Part shown: one piece after another, positions 9,686 through 19,068 of the stretch
How the letters are laid out: the number at the start of each line of letters is the position of its first letter
Position numbering within the stretch: the stretch's first letter is position 1
Assembly (NCBI GenBank): GCA_034670305.1
Contig: JAXMNT010000019.1
Coordinates: forward strand, 32,001-96,000
Direction of reading: 5' to 3'
DNA from: Deltaproteobacteria bacterium
GTDB lineage: Bacteria; Myxococcota_A; Polyangia; Polyangiales; Houyiibacteriaceae
Length of the DNA: 64,000 bases
Made by a program: the position numbers and the translations under genes
Notes under the pieces: generated by a model
What the model saw: only the letters and a program-made list of their open reading frames with translations
Database searches by the model: none
What the model was told of the DNA's origin: nothing

Positions 9686-11065
9686 CTACATCAGGAGCGG
9701 GACGACCCAGAGCACGTAGACGAGGGCGAGCGCGAGTTGCGCCATCGCGAAGACGAACGCGGCTTTGACGAACTGCATGAAGCCCATGCGCAGCTCGTAC
9801 TTGTGCATCAACGTGACCGCGACCACCGTGCTCGCCGAGCCGATCGGGGTGAGGTTGCCGCCCAGGTTGGCGCCAAAGATCACACTCCACCACAGACGCG
9901 GGTCGCTGAGCGGCTCCATGCCTTGAAGGATCTTCGCGAGCATCGCCGAGAGCGGGATGTTGTCCGTCACGGCGCTGAAGCCCGCAGCTGAGAGAAGCGT
10001 CGCACCGGTTCCAAGACCGTCCTGCACGTCGTTGAGCGCGATCACGTGCCCCAGCCCGACCCCGATGAGTTCCAGGACGTGCGCGTGCTCCATGACGTCG
10101 ATGATGATGAACAGAAACGCGAAGAAGAGGAGCAGGTCCCAGTCGAGCGCACGGTAGAACCGGTCGACGCTGCCTTTGTAACGAAGGAGCATCACGATGC
10201 CGAACGCCATCGCCACGAACCCCATGCCGAGCGGGTAGTCGAGCACGCTGGTCATCGCGATCGCCGCGATGAAGAGGACCAGCATGGATGCGGAGAACCA
10301 GAAGAACCCCACCGACTCGATGCCGTCGCGTTCGTCGAAGCTGCCCACCCGCGCTGCGGCCTCCGCCTTCTGCGTCGGATCCTTGAGACGCTTGATCCCG
10401 TAGATGCGCGCGCCGAGGGCCAGCGTCAGGAGGCTCGCGACCAGCACGTACGGCCCGGCCACGACGAAGAAACTGACGAAGCTGATCCCCGCGGCCTGTC
10501 CAACGATGATGTTCGGCACCGAACTGATCAGGGTGAGCAGACCGCCCACGTTGGTCAGCAGGCCTTCGATGAGGAGGAACCCGAGCAACCGCTCGCGCTG
10601 CTCGAGCTTCTCGAGGGACACCGCCGTGAGGGAGCCGACGATGATCATCGCGGTCACGTTGTTCAGCAGCGCGCTGAACAAGACGGTGAGCATGCCGTAC
10701 GCGAGCAGCAGCAGCATGGGATCGCCACGCGAGAGTTTGGTCAGCTTGATCGCGATGTAGGTGAAGAGCCCGCTCTTGCTGGTCACATCGACGAACAGAC
10801 TCGATCCGAGAATGATCGCGATGACCCCCCAGTCGATGCCGAGGATGTAGACCGGCATCTCGCGCGTTTCGCCGAACGCGTTCGTGATGTCGCCGAAGGG
10901 CAAGAGCCCGAACACGTGCCCGAACGCGAGCGCGATCACCGCGTAGAGGCCGGTGATGAGCGACTTTTTCGCGTGGATGCGTTCTTCGAACGCCAGGGTC
11001 ACCACCATGCCCAGCAGGATGGCGGCGAAAACGAGGGTCGTCGTGAGAGAGGGTTCGGGCGGCAA
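9686..11065 (-). CDS. ArsB/NhaD/SLC13 (IT superfamily) ion transporter
   Basis: About 12 TMs; SALLNNVT, DWDLLLFF, SAVTDNIP, GANLGGNLTPIGSAS. Confidence 0.9.
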   Translation of the reverse strand: MPPEPSLTTTLVFAAILLGMVVTLAFEERIHAKKSLITGLYAVIALAFGHVFGLLPFGDITNAFGETREMPVYILGIDWGVIAIILGSSLFVDVTSKSGLFTYIAIKLTKLSRGDPMLLLLAYGMLTVLFSALLNNVTAMIIVGSLTAVSLEKLEQRERLLGFLLIEGLLTNVGGLLTLISSVPNIIVGQAAGISFVSFFVVAGPYVLVASLLTLALGARIYGIKRLKDPTQKAEAAARVGSFDERDGIESVGFFWFSASMLVLFIAAIAMTSVLDYPLGMGFVAMAFGIVMLLRYKGSVDRFYRALDWDLLLFFAFLFIIIDVMEHAHVLELIGVGLGHVIALNDVQDGLGTGATLLSAAGFSAVTDNIPLSAMLAKILQGMEPLSDPRLWWSVIFGANLGGNLTPIGSASTVVAVTLMHKYELRMGFMQFVKAAFVFAMAQLALALVYVLWVVPLLM

Positions 11066-11067
11066 CG

Positions 11068-11928
11068 TCAGACCATCAACAGCGGCGTGGTGACCAGCTC
11101 GACCGAAAGGGAGTACGCCACCCCGTGCAGGGCGATGCGGTCTTCCTCCAAGGTGGGGAAGATGACCAGGTCGACCTCGTGCGCATCGACGAGCGCCCGG
11201 TAGTCGGCCACGCGGTGCCCACTGAGGACGTGTTCGTGGATGGTCAACGGCGCAGCGATGGCTTCAAGGGCCGCCCGTGCAGAAGCGATGTACTCACGCG
11301 GCTCTTTCATCAGCAGCGCCTGGATCGTCTCTCGGGCAGTGTCCGTGTCGATCTCCGGGATCTTGGAGATCGCATCGATGTACCGGTCGAACACCTCGTC
11401 GTGCTCCATGTGGCACAGATGGAGCTCTCCCTGTTCTCGGGTGACGAGCGCGCCCCAGCTGACGAGTTCGTCGTCGCCCACGAGCGTGTCGTTGAGGACC
11501 ATGACGCTGTCGGTCTTGGAGTGTTGCCACTCGAGCGAGGGGTACGCGTGCGGGTTCGGGGTGACGACCACGGGGATCTCGGTGCCGCGGGTCAGCGCGC
11601 CGAGGTACACCCCGAGGCTGTACGCCCACTTCCATGCGTCGGAGTTCAAGTTCCGGTACGTGACGATCACATCGGGTCGTTCTTCTTCGACCAGACGCAG
11701 GAGCCCTTCGACCCCTTTCCACTGACCGTGCGGCGCGAACGACCACTCGGGCGACTCTCGTTCGGTGAGCGGTTCCAACAGCCCACGGCACGCCTGGACG
11801 TACGCCTCCTGCGCATCGGCCTCGAGATCACTCACGACCAACACCCGCTTGGCGCTCGGCGGGACATGAACGAAATTCTTCTTCCACCCGGACCGGAAGA
11901 CACTCTCGAACTCATCGACGTTCAGCAC
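11068..11928 (-). CDS. Hypothetical protein with tandem universal-stress-protein-like folds
   Basis: MLNVDEFESVFRS...; EERPDVIVT and HEVDLVIF...PLLMV resemble Usp ends; lies 2 nt before the transporter start; TAGACT box 7 nt before GTG. Confidence 0.55.
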   Translation of the reverse strand: MLNVDEFESVFRSGWKKNFVHVPPSAKRVLVVSDLEADAQEAYVQACRGLLEPLTERESPEWSFAPHGQWKGVEGLLRLVEEERPDVIVTYRNLNSDAWKWAYSLGVYLGALTRGTEIPVVVTPNPHAYPSLEWQHSKTDSVMVLNDTLVGDDELVSWGALVTREQGELHLCHMEHDEVFDRYIDAISKIPEIDTDTARETIQALLMKEPREYIASARAALEAIAAPLTIHEHVLSGHRVADYRALVDAHEVDLVIFPTLEEDRIALHGVAYSLSVELVTTPLLMV

Positions 11929-12008
11929 GGCGCAGAGTCTACACGCCCAGACGCCTGGTTCGGCACCACATCGCAACAGCGATCTGGACCGATCGTACGC
12001 CGCCAGAC

Positions 12009-12680
12009 TCAGCGGACCAGCAATTCGAACGACCATGGGCCACTGGGCTCCGACACGTCGCGACGAAACTCGAGGCGCAAGCGGCGGCGTACGTCGATCG
12101 ACCGCCCGAGGCCTCCGCCCTCCACTCCGGGAGGCAACGATTCGCCGAGGAACGAACACAACATGAGCGCATCGATGTGCCTGTCCTCATGCAGTGGCAC
12201 CGTGGTGCTCGGTCCGGCTTCCAGGGAGACGCGCGCGCTGCCTCGCCGCTGGCAGTCGCGCACGAGCTCGAGCGCCGAGAGCGACGCGAGCCGGCGCACC
12301 GCGACGTGTTCGGGCGCGGGGGGCAGCTGCGCGCCCTTTGAGGTCACCACCACCGGCCGTGCCCATCCGTGGAAGGCTGGATGCGCGAAATCGAGGCCAC
12401 GCCCCGAGGTCAGCACGCAGAGCTCGGGCGGCGGGCGGTCGCCGCGCATCGCCAAGAGCGCCTCCCTGCCCTCCCCCGCGGGCGTGTACTCGAGCTCCGG
12501 CTCCTCGCGCAGCACTTTGCCTGTCACGACGATCGCGTCGGCGATGGCGCGCGCGAAGTTGAGCGCGAAGAAGTCGTGCGGACTTCGAGGCGTGTCCGGA
12601 CCGATGCGCAGGGTGGTCAGCACCCCATCCGGACGGGGCCACACCGCGGTCACGTGGATGAGCCCACGCAGTTCGAGCAC
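12009..12680 (-). CDS. RibD C-terminal / dihydrofolate reductase family protein
   Basis: RAIADAIVVTGKVLREEP, VLTSG, SLEAGPST. Confidence 0.75.
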   Translation of the reverse strand: MLELRGLIHVTAVWPRPDGVLTTLRIGPDTPRSPHDFFALNFARAIADAIVVTGKVLREEPELEYTPAGEGREALLAMRGDRPPPELCVLTSGRGLDFAHPAFHGWARPVVVTSKGAQLPPAPEHVAVRRLASLSALELVRDCQRRGSARVSLEAGPSTTVPLHEDRHIDALMLCSFLGESLPPGVEGGGLGRSIDVRRRLRLEFRRDVSEPSGPWSFELLVR

Positions 12681-12758
12681 GGCGGGCCCAAACAGAGAAA
12701 CGGCGAACGACTTCGCGTCGTCCGCCGTACTCAGATCCGAGAGCTTCAGCAGAAGCTC

Positions 12759-14828
12759 TTACTCCGCGTGGATCGCGTAGCTGTTCTCGGCGCCCGAGTA
12801 GCCGTAGACGCGCACGAAGAACGGGCCGCCGTTGCCGAGGCGTTCTTCATCGGCCACCGAGGTGGAGCTGCCGAGGCGTCGGCCTTCGACATCGAACGCT
12901 TCCATGTCGAGATCGCCGGCTGCGTGGCTGAACACGATGACCGCTTCGCCGCCGTCCGGGAAGAAGTACCAGTCGTCGTCGCCGGCGCAGATGTTCGCGT
13001 TCATCGTGCCCACGACTTCGAGCGCGTGCTCGCGGTCGTCGTCCTGGCCGAAGCTGTCGCACGCATCGGGCGGGTCGACGGGATCGGTCGGGTCGGTCGG
13101 GTCGACCGGATCGGTCGGGTCGACGGCCACCGAACAGAAGTCCGTGACGACGCGGTCCGAGACGGTGTCTTCAGCAACGTCGCGCTGGGCGCAGGCTTCG
13201 TCTTCGCTCCAGGCGTTCCACTCGGCGCCGCGGCCGATGCTGCTCGCGTGGTTGGCCCAGCGGGCGAACCCATCGGTCTCGGAGCGGAAGACGCTCGGCG
13301 CCATGCACATGCCGGCCATCTCCGCTGCGGACTGCTCCACGGCAGCGAGGTCCATGATGATCTCGTACATGGCAGCGTTGCTCCGGTTCCAGCAGCAAGT
13401 GCGGGAGACTTCGTAGTCGAGCTCCGCGAAGACGTAGTCTTCGAGGCGGCGGTACTCGTCGTCGGTCCGCGCCTGGTCCCAGCCGTTGATGTCGGCGGTC
13501 AGCGGGTAGAGACGGGCGAAGGCGTCCTCGCGGCGGATGCGGGCGGCGCACGAGGCCGGGTAGCTGCGCAGGTGGATGCGGGCGGCTTCGACCTGCTCGA
13601 GCGCGACTTCGATCTGCTCTTCCGGCGGCACGTCCGCGAGCACGGTGCGGAACTCGTTCGGGCGGGCGGCGATCGCAGCGGTGTCGCCCGGGTCGATGTA
13701 GTCGTCCTGGTCCGCGGCAGCGACCATGTTGCGCCAGCGGCCGCTCACGCGGGTGGCACTGCGCCAGCGGTGGATGCCGCCACCGAGCTCGGCGTAGGGG
13801 GTGCCATCGCTGGCGTTGCCTTCGCCGCCGGCGGCCGCAAGCGTGAAGCTGTGCTTGGCGCTGGCCGGGTCTTCCCACACCGGCTGACGGCGGGGCATCG
13901 AGCCGCTCGCGACGGTCACTTGGAGGCGCCCGGGGACGAGCTCGTCGACGCGCATCACTGGGATGGTGTGGCCGATGCCGCGGCGCTGCCATCGCTCGAG
14001 CAGCACGTCGCCGGCCGAGGTGGCCGTCGACTTGATGTGGAACATGTTGGCTTCGTCGGCGAGGTTGGCGCTGCCGAAGTAGAGGAGGATGAGGCGCGCG
14101 AAGTAGCCGACGCGCTTGTTCAAGAAGAGCTCGTCGAAGTACGCGCCCGCGCCCGCGCCCGGCTCGAGGAACGCGTTCTCGTCGTCGTCGCCGAGGTGGT
14201 ATCCGCGGAGGCGGCTGTCGGTGGGCCACTCGTCACCGGCCGACCAGCGGCCGCGGTAGTCTTCGTAGCGTGTGCGGAAGCTCGGGAAGCGGCCGATGTT
14301 GTTGCCCTCGGAGTCCACGAAACCGAAGTGGCCCGCGTACATCGACTGGCGGGTCGAGGCGTCCCAGCCCTGAAGGTAGAAGGGCAGCTCGTACCAAGCG
14401 GCGAAGGTGACGCGGAGCAACATCGCCACTTCGGCGCATTCGAGGCGCGGAGAGTCCAGCACTCGGTCGCCGTAGGGCGTCGGGACGCGGAAGGTCTCGC
14501 CGTGGCCGGTGGCGCGCGGGGCGCGCTCGAAGCTCGCGACCCAGGCGTCGAACTTCTGCTCCCAGGTGAGTCCGGAGTCGGCGCCCCAGGCCACACCGGC
14601 GGCGGCGTCGGTCGCGTCCCACTCGCGGGTGGCCGCCCAGACCTCGGTCGACGATCCGTCACGAACCCGAGGACCCCGGTCGCCATCCAGGTCGAACTTG
14701 GTGTCTTCGATGATGTCGAAGGGGCCTTCCACGCCGGTCTCGTCGAACGCTTCGTCGAGCAGCGAGCCGCTGTCGGCGGCGCAAGCACCGGAGAGGACCA
14801 GAATCAGACTGAGGGTCGAACGTCGCAT
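12759..14828 (-). CDS. Lipoprotein with putative Cys-His papain-like core and C-terminal PPC-like domain
   Basis: LSGAC lipobox; LECAEVAMLLR and GDVLL...GHTIPV; DPTDPV linker; ICAGDDDWY...GDLDM...VRVYGYSGAENSY. Confidence 0.65.
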   Translation of the reverse strand: MRRSTLSLILVLSGACAADSGSLLDEAFDETGVEGPFDIIEDTKFDLDGDRGPRVRDGSSTEVWAATREWDATDAAAGVAWGADSGLTWEQKFDAWVASFERAPRATGHGETFRVPTPYGDRVLDSPRLECAEVAMLLRVTFAAWYELPFYLQGWDASTRQSMYAGHFGFVDSEGNNIGRFPSFRTRYEDYRGRWSAGDEWPTDSRLRGYHLGDDDENAFLEPGAGAGAYFDELFLNKRVGYFARLILLYFGSANLADEANMFHIKSTATSAGDVLLERWQRRGIGHTIPVMRVDELVPGRLQVTVASGSMPRRQPVWEDPASAKHSFTLAAAGGEGNASDGTPYAELGGGIHRWRSATRVSGRWRNMVAAADQDDYIDPGDTAAIAARPNEFRTVLADVPPEEQIEVALEQVEAARIHLRSYPASCAARIRREDAFARLYPLTADINGWDQARTDDEYRRLEDYVFAELDYEVSRTCCWNRSNAAMYEIIMDLAAVEQSAAEMAGMCMAPSVFRSETDGFARWANHASSIGRGAEWNAWSEDEACAQRDVAEDTVSDRVVTDFCSVAVDPTDPVDPTDPTDPVDPPDACDSFGQDDDREHALEVVGTMNANICAGDDDWYFFPDGGEAVIVFSHAAGDLDMEAFDVEGRRLGSSTSVADEERLGNGGPFFVRVYGYSGAENSYAIHAE

Positions 14829-14840
14829 GCCAGTCGTTAG

Positions 14841-14857
14841 AGCAGTTCTCATGCCAA
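14841..14857 (-). promoter_or_regulatory. Sigma54-like -24/-12 promoter
   Basis: Minus strand TTGGCATGAGAACTGCT (GG-N10-GC), 13 nt before ATG 14828. Confidence 0.55.
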
Positions 14858-14988
14858 CGAGTATCGCCTGTTTCCGTCGGGGTTTCTAGCCCTCGATCGG
14901 CCAGGTGGCCAGTACAGGTGGCCAGTGCGGCCGCCGATCCCGACAAGCCATGGAGACCAATGTCCCCACGCCCTATTCACCCGAGACT

Positions 14989-16569
14989 TCAGGGTTTGGG
15001 CGCGAGGGACCCAGCCCGCCGTCGGCGGATCTCGGGGTGCCCGAGCACGAACATCAGCCCGACGAACCCCACGGTGAGCCCCAGCCCCACGCCGACGCGC
15101 ATGCCGAGGTCGAACCGAAACGCGGGGTCCCAGAGAAACGCGAAGGCGACCGCCATCGCGGCGAGTGCGAGCCATGGCTGCCAGACTGCCTGAAGCCGAA
15201 CAACGACCCCCTCCAGTTTCCAGAGCTCGACCACCTGGAGCAGGATGACGAGCGAAGCGCTGGTTGCGGTCGCGATGGCCGCGCCCATGAGTCCGAACCG
15301 CGGGATGAGCCACAGGTTCAGCCCGGTGTTCAGGAACGCGACGAGCAAACTGTTCGCCAGGTTCCAGCGGCTGTGTCCCGTGTAGGCGACAAAGTTGCCT
15401 GCCAACCCAAGCAGACAACTCATGAGTGGCGCGACCACCAGCACCACAACGAACGCGCTCTGCCCTCCGGCGTAGCGTTCGTCGATGAGTCCCATCAAGT
15501 CGTCGCGCAGCACGACGAACGGAATGACGATCGAGATCGCCAAGGTCGCGGTCCACCGCGAGACCTTGCTCAAGAGCGCCGTGAGATCGGTGGCCTCGCC
15601 CCGCTGGTGGTGGCGCGCGACCAATGGCGCGAGCGCGGTGCTGAACACGATCCGGACCTGCTGGAGGTTGCTGGTCAGAAATGCGGCGGTCGCATACCAG
15701 CCGAGCAGCGCGGGATCGAACCCGAACGCCGCGAGCATGATGGTGTCGAGCCGCGTGATGTAGAGCGAGAAGGTGTGGTTGAGCCCCTGCGGAATCGCGA
15801 ACGCGATCATGCCGCGGTCTAGGCCAGGGCGAAGCGCGGTGCGCACGACCTCGCGCGCGTCGAACAGACGCTTCAACGGGATGCAGGCGAAGAGCGCGAG
15901 CCCCACCATCGCCACCGCGTAGCTCACGAACAGACCGGTGAGCCCCGTGTCCATCGCCCAGGCCACGACGCCGGCCACGAACAGGAGGGTGGGCCGCAAG
16001 CCGTTCAGCAGCGCATCCCACTCCATCGCCATGTGCGCTTTGGCGGCGGAGGTCACCACCTGCGCGAACGCCATCGGCACGAGCGCCCACGCCACTGCGT
16101 ACACGCCGGGCAAGAGCGCGCCGTACTCGGGGAACACCGCACCGATGAGGGCCGCGCCGCCGAGTTGCACCAACCCCGCGAGGATCAGCGCGAGCCAGAC
16201 CGCGTAGCCGAGCGCCCGACCGACGACCTGGTTCATCGGCGCCCGGGAGCCGCCTTGCTCCGCGGCTTCGGCGTGCGGGCTCGCGAACAGGGTGGCCGCA
16301 TCCATCCAGCCGGTCGCGACGAGACTGGAACCGATCTCCGCGACGGTGAGACCGAGCAAGTACGTCCCCATGACCTCCGCGCCGAACAGCTTCGTGAAGA
16401 CCACGATGAGGAGCGGGTAGACGAGTTTGCCCGCGAGCCCCGCCGCGTTGACCAGCGTGCCGCGCGCGAGCTGCTTCTCGTACTTCGCCCGCCGCTCCGT
16501 CGACTCGTGGTGCGTCTCGTCCGGCGCCGAGTCGGGTGCTGGCGCGTCCTCGTCGGTGGGCTCGGTCAT
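14989..16569 (-). CDS. Oligosaccharide flippase family (Wzx/MOP) protein
   Basis: LARGTLVNAAG...FGAEVMGTY, RLDTIMLA...LGWYATA, LNLWLIPRFGLMGAAIAT; many TMs; true start ATG 16569, not 19287. Confidence 0.85.
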   Translation of the reverse strand: MTEPTDEDAPAPDSAPDETHHESTERRAKYEKQLARGTLVNAAGLAGKLVYPLLIVVFTKLFGAEVMGTYLLGLTVAEIGSSLVATGWMDAATLFASPHAEAAEQGGSRAPMNQVVGRALGYAVWLALILAGLVQLGGAALIGAVFPEYGALLPGVYAVAWALVPMAFAQVVTSAAKAHMAMEWDALLNGLRPTLLFVAGVVAWAMDTGLTGLFVSYAVAMVGLALFACIPLKRLFDAREVVRTALRPGLDRGMIAFAIPQGLNHTFSLYITRLDTIMLAAFGFDPALLGWYATAAFLTSNLQQVRIVFSTALAPLVARHHQRGEATDLTALLSKVSRWTATLAISIVIPFVVLRDDLMGLIDERYAGGQSAFVVVLVVAPLMSCLLGLAGNFVAYTGHSRWNLANSLLVAFLNTGLNLWLIPRFGLMGAAIATATSASLVILLQVVELWKLEGVVVRLQAVWQPWLALAAMAVAFAFLWDPAFRFDLGMRVGVGLGLTVGFVGLMFVLGHPEIRRRRAGSLAPKP

Positions 16570-16644
16570 CGGTCGCGCGGAAGCCCGCTCCGGCCCCACC
16601 CCTGCCGCGTAGCACGACGCCGCAAACGAAGGTACCGGCCACGC

Positions 16645-16822
16645 CATCGGCATCGGCGTCGGCATCGGCATCGGCTTCGGCGTCGGCATCGGCTTCGGCA
16701 TCGGCATCGGCTTCGGCTTCGGCATCGGCATCGGCGTCGGCTTCGGCGTCGGCATCGGCATCGGCCTCGGCCTCGGCCTCGGCTTCGGCTGCGGCATCGG
16801 CATCCGCGTCGGATTCGGCTTC
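16645..16822. repeat. Degenerate hexamer array (TCGGCA/TCGGCT/TCGGCG)n
   Basis: Directly visible, in divergent intergenic region. Confidence 0.95.
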
Positions 16823-16950
16823 TCGCCACGGGAGCGGCGAGATGAGGCAGACTGTCGCCCACCCGGCGCCCCTGGTCGGGCACACGCCCAATGTCTGCAC
16901 CGTTCACTCGACGCGCTCTCTCTCTGCGACGTCCACCTGCCGGAACCGCC

Positions 16951-19068
16951 GTGCGGTCTTTCGCGCTGCTCGCGCTCGCGCTCCTCGCGACTGGCGTCGC
17001 GCACGCGCAGCCGGCCGAAGCCGAGGCTCCGCTCGGCATCGAATGCGCACCGATCCAGATCGCTGGTGAGTCGTTCGAGGTCACCCTCACCGGACTGAAC
17101 GCAGGCGACCGCTGGACCCTCCGAGCCGGCGACGAATCCATGGAGGGCGTCGCGCTCGATGCTTCGACCAAGACGAACGTCGCCATCGAGAGCGGCGCGT
17201 ACCCATTCGAACTTCGGGTCCACGACGACCTCGGCGAGCGGCACACGGAACGCAGCATTCGCGGCATCCCCGGGTGGGTCGCGCTCGTGCCACCACTGCT
17301 GGCCATCCTGCTCGCGCTCCTCTTGCGGCAGGTCGTCCTCGCGCTCGCGCTCGGGGTGTTCGCCGGTGCGTTCGTGGTCGCGGGGTTCAACCCGTTGACC
17401 GGCGCGCTCCGCACTCTCGACCAGTACGCCGTCGGCGCAGCCGCGGATGCCGACCACGCGTCGATCCTCGTCTTCAGCTTGCTGCTCGGCGGCATGATCG
17501 GGCTCATCACCCGATCCGGTGGCGGCCGCGGACTCGCCGCTTGGGTCACCAAACGCGCCACCGATCCTCGACGGGGCCAGCTCGCGGCTTGGGGTCTCGG
17601 CATCGTCATCTTCTTCGACGACTACGCGAACTCGCTGCTCGTCGGCTCGTCGATGCGCCCCATCACCGACCGACTTCGGGTCAGCCGAGAGAAGCTCGCG
17701 TTTCTGGTCGACGCCACCGCGGCGCCGGTCGCATCCATCGCCCTGGTCTCCTCCTGGATCGGTGTCGAGGTCGGCTACATCGGAGAGCAGTTCGCCGAAC
17801 GCGGCATCGAGATGGACCCGTACATGGCGTTCCTCGAGACCCTGCCCTACCGGTTCTACCCGTGGCTGATGTTGCTCTTCGGGTTGATGCTGGTCTGGTC
17901 CCGCCGGGACTTCGGACCGATGCGCCGCGCCGAGGTCCGGGCGCGCACCACGGGCAAGTTGATCGCCGACGGTGCGACGCCTGCGTCTGAGTTCGAAGAC
18001 GACGTCACGCTCACCGCCCAACCCGTGGCCTCCAACGCGCTCGTGCCCATCGCGGTGGTCATGCTCGCGGCGACCGCCGGAATGGTCGCCACCGGCCACG
18101 CCGCGTGTCTGGAGGAGGGCATCGAACCGACCGCACGCGCGATCTTTGGCAACGCCAACTCGCTCAATGCACTCCTCTGGGCCAGCGCGGCCGGAGGCAT
18201 CGCGGCTCTGGCCATGGCGATGAAGAGTGGCGCGCTCACACTCAGCAGCGGGCTCGAAGCGTGGCTCACCGGCATGCGCGCGATGTTGCTCGCGTGCGTG
18301 ATCCTCGTGCTCGCGTGGTCGCTCGGCGCGATCTGCAAGGAGCTGCACACCGCCGACGTCGTCGTGGCGTTCATCGGCGACGGCCTGCCGCCCGCGCTCT
18401 TGCCCGCGGTGGTGTTCCTGGTGGCTGCGCTGGTCAGTTTTGCGACCGGCACCTCGTGGGGAACGATGGCGATCCTCTTCCCGCTGGTGGTGCCGCTTGC
18501 GGACGAACTGACGCAGAGCGCGGGCGGGGGGCACGACATGAACATCGTGCTCGGTTCGATCAGCTCCATTCTCGCCGGCTCGGTCTGGGGCGATCACTGC
18601 TCGCCGATCTCGGACACCACGATCATGAGTTCGATGGCGAGCAGCTGCGACCACGTGGACCACGTGCGCACGCAGCTGCCCTACGCGCTGACGGTCGGCA
18701 TCGTCAGCCTGGTGGTGGGCGAAGTCGGCGTCGGGCTCGGGCTCTACCCGGCGTGGGTCGGGCTGCTCATCGGCGGGGTGGTGCTGGCGGGTGTGATTCG
18801 GTTCGTGGGCAAGGTGGTGCCGGACGGGGACGGGGACGGGGACGGGGACGGGGAAGCGGAAGCGGGAGCGGTAGCGGAAGCGGACTCGGAAGCGGAAGCG
18901 GGAGCGGAAGCGGAAGCGGAAGCGGACTCGGAAGCGGAAGCGGAAGCCGATGCGGAAGCCGAAGCCGATGCCGACGCCGATGCCGATCCCGACGCCGATG
19001 CCGATGCCGATGCCGATGCCGATGCCGAGGCCGATGCCGAGGCCGATCCGGACCGTCGCGATGGGTAG
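16951..19068 (+). CDS. Na+/H+ antiporter NhaC family protein with N-terminal exported domain and repeat-derived acidic tail
   Basis: IFFDDYAN, SREKLAFLVDATAAP, FATGTSWGT, GDHCSPISDTTIMSS, HVRTQLPYA. Confidence 0.92.
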   Translation: MRSFALLALALLATGVAHAQPAEAEAPLGIECAPIQIAGESFEVTLTGLNAGDRWTLRAGDESMEGVALDASTKTNVAIESGAYPFELRVHDDLGERHTERSIRGIPGWVALVPPLLAILLALLLRQVVLALALGVFAGAFVVAGFNPLTGALRTLDQYAVGAAADADHASILVFSLLLGGMIGLITRSGGGRGLAAWVTKRATDPRRGQLAAWGLGIVIFFDDYANSLLVGSSMRPITDRLRVSREKLAFLVDATAAPVASIALVSSWIGVEVGYIGEQFAERGIEMDPYMAFLETLPYRFYPWLMLLFGLMLVWSRRDFGPMRRAEVRARTTGKLIADGATPASEFEDDVTLTAQPVASNALVPIAVVMLAATAGMVATGHAACLEEGIEPTARAIFGNANSLNALLWASAAGGIAALAMAMKSGALTLSSGLEAWLTGMRAMLLACVILVLAWSLGAICKELHTADVVVAFIGDGLPPALLPAVVFLVAALVSFATGTSWGTMAILFPLVVPLADELTQSAGGGHDMNIVLGSISSILAGSVWGDHCSPISDTTIMSSMASSCDHVDHVRTQLPYALTVGIVSLVVGEVGVGLGLYPAWVGLLIGGVVLAGVIRFVGKVVPDGDGDGDGDGEAEAGAVAEADSEAEAGAEAEAEADSEAEAEADAEAEADADADADPDADADADADADAEADAEADPDRRDG
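18823..19050. repeat. Hexamer array (GACGGG, GCGGAA, GCCGAT) inside the 3' end of the NhaC CDS
   Basis: Translated in frame as [12 protein letters not shown]. Confidence 0.92.
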
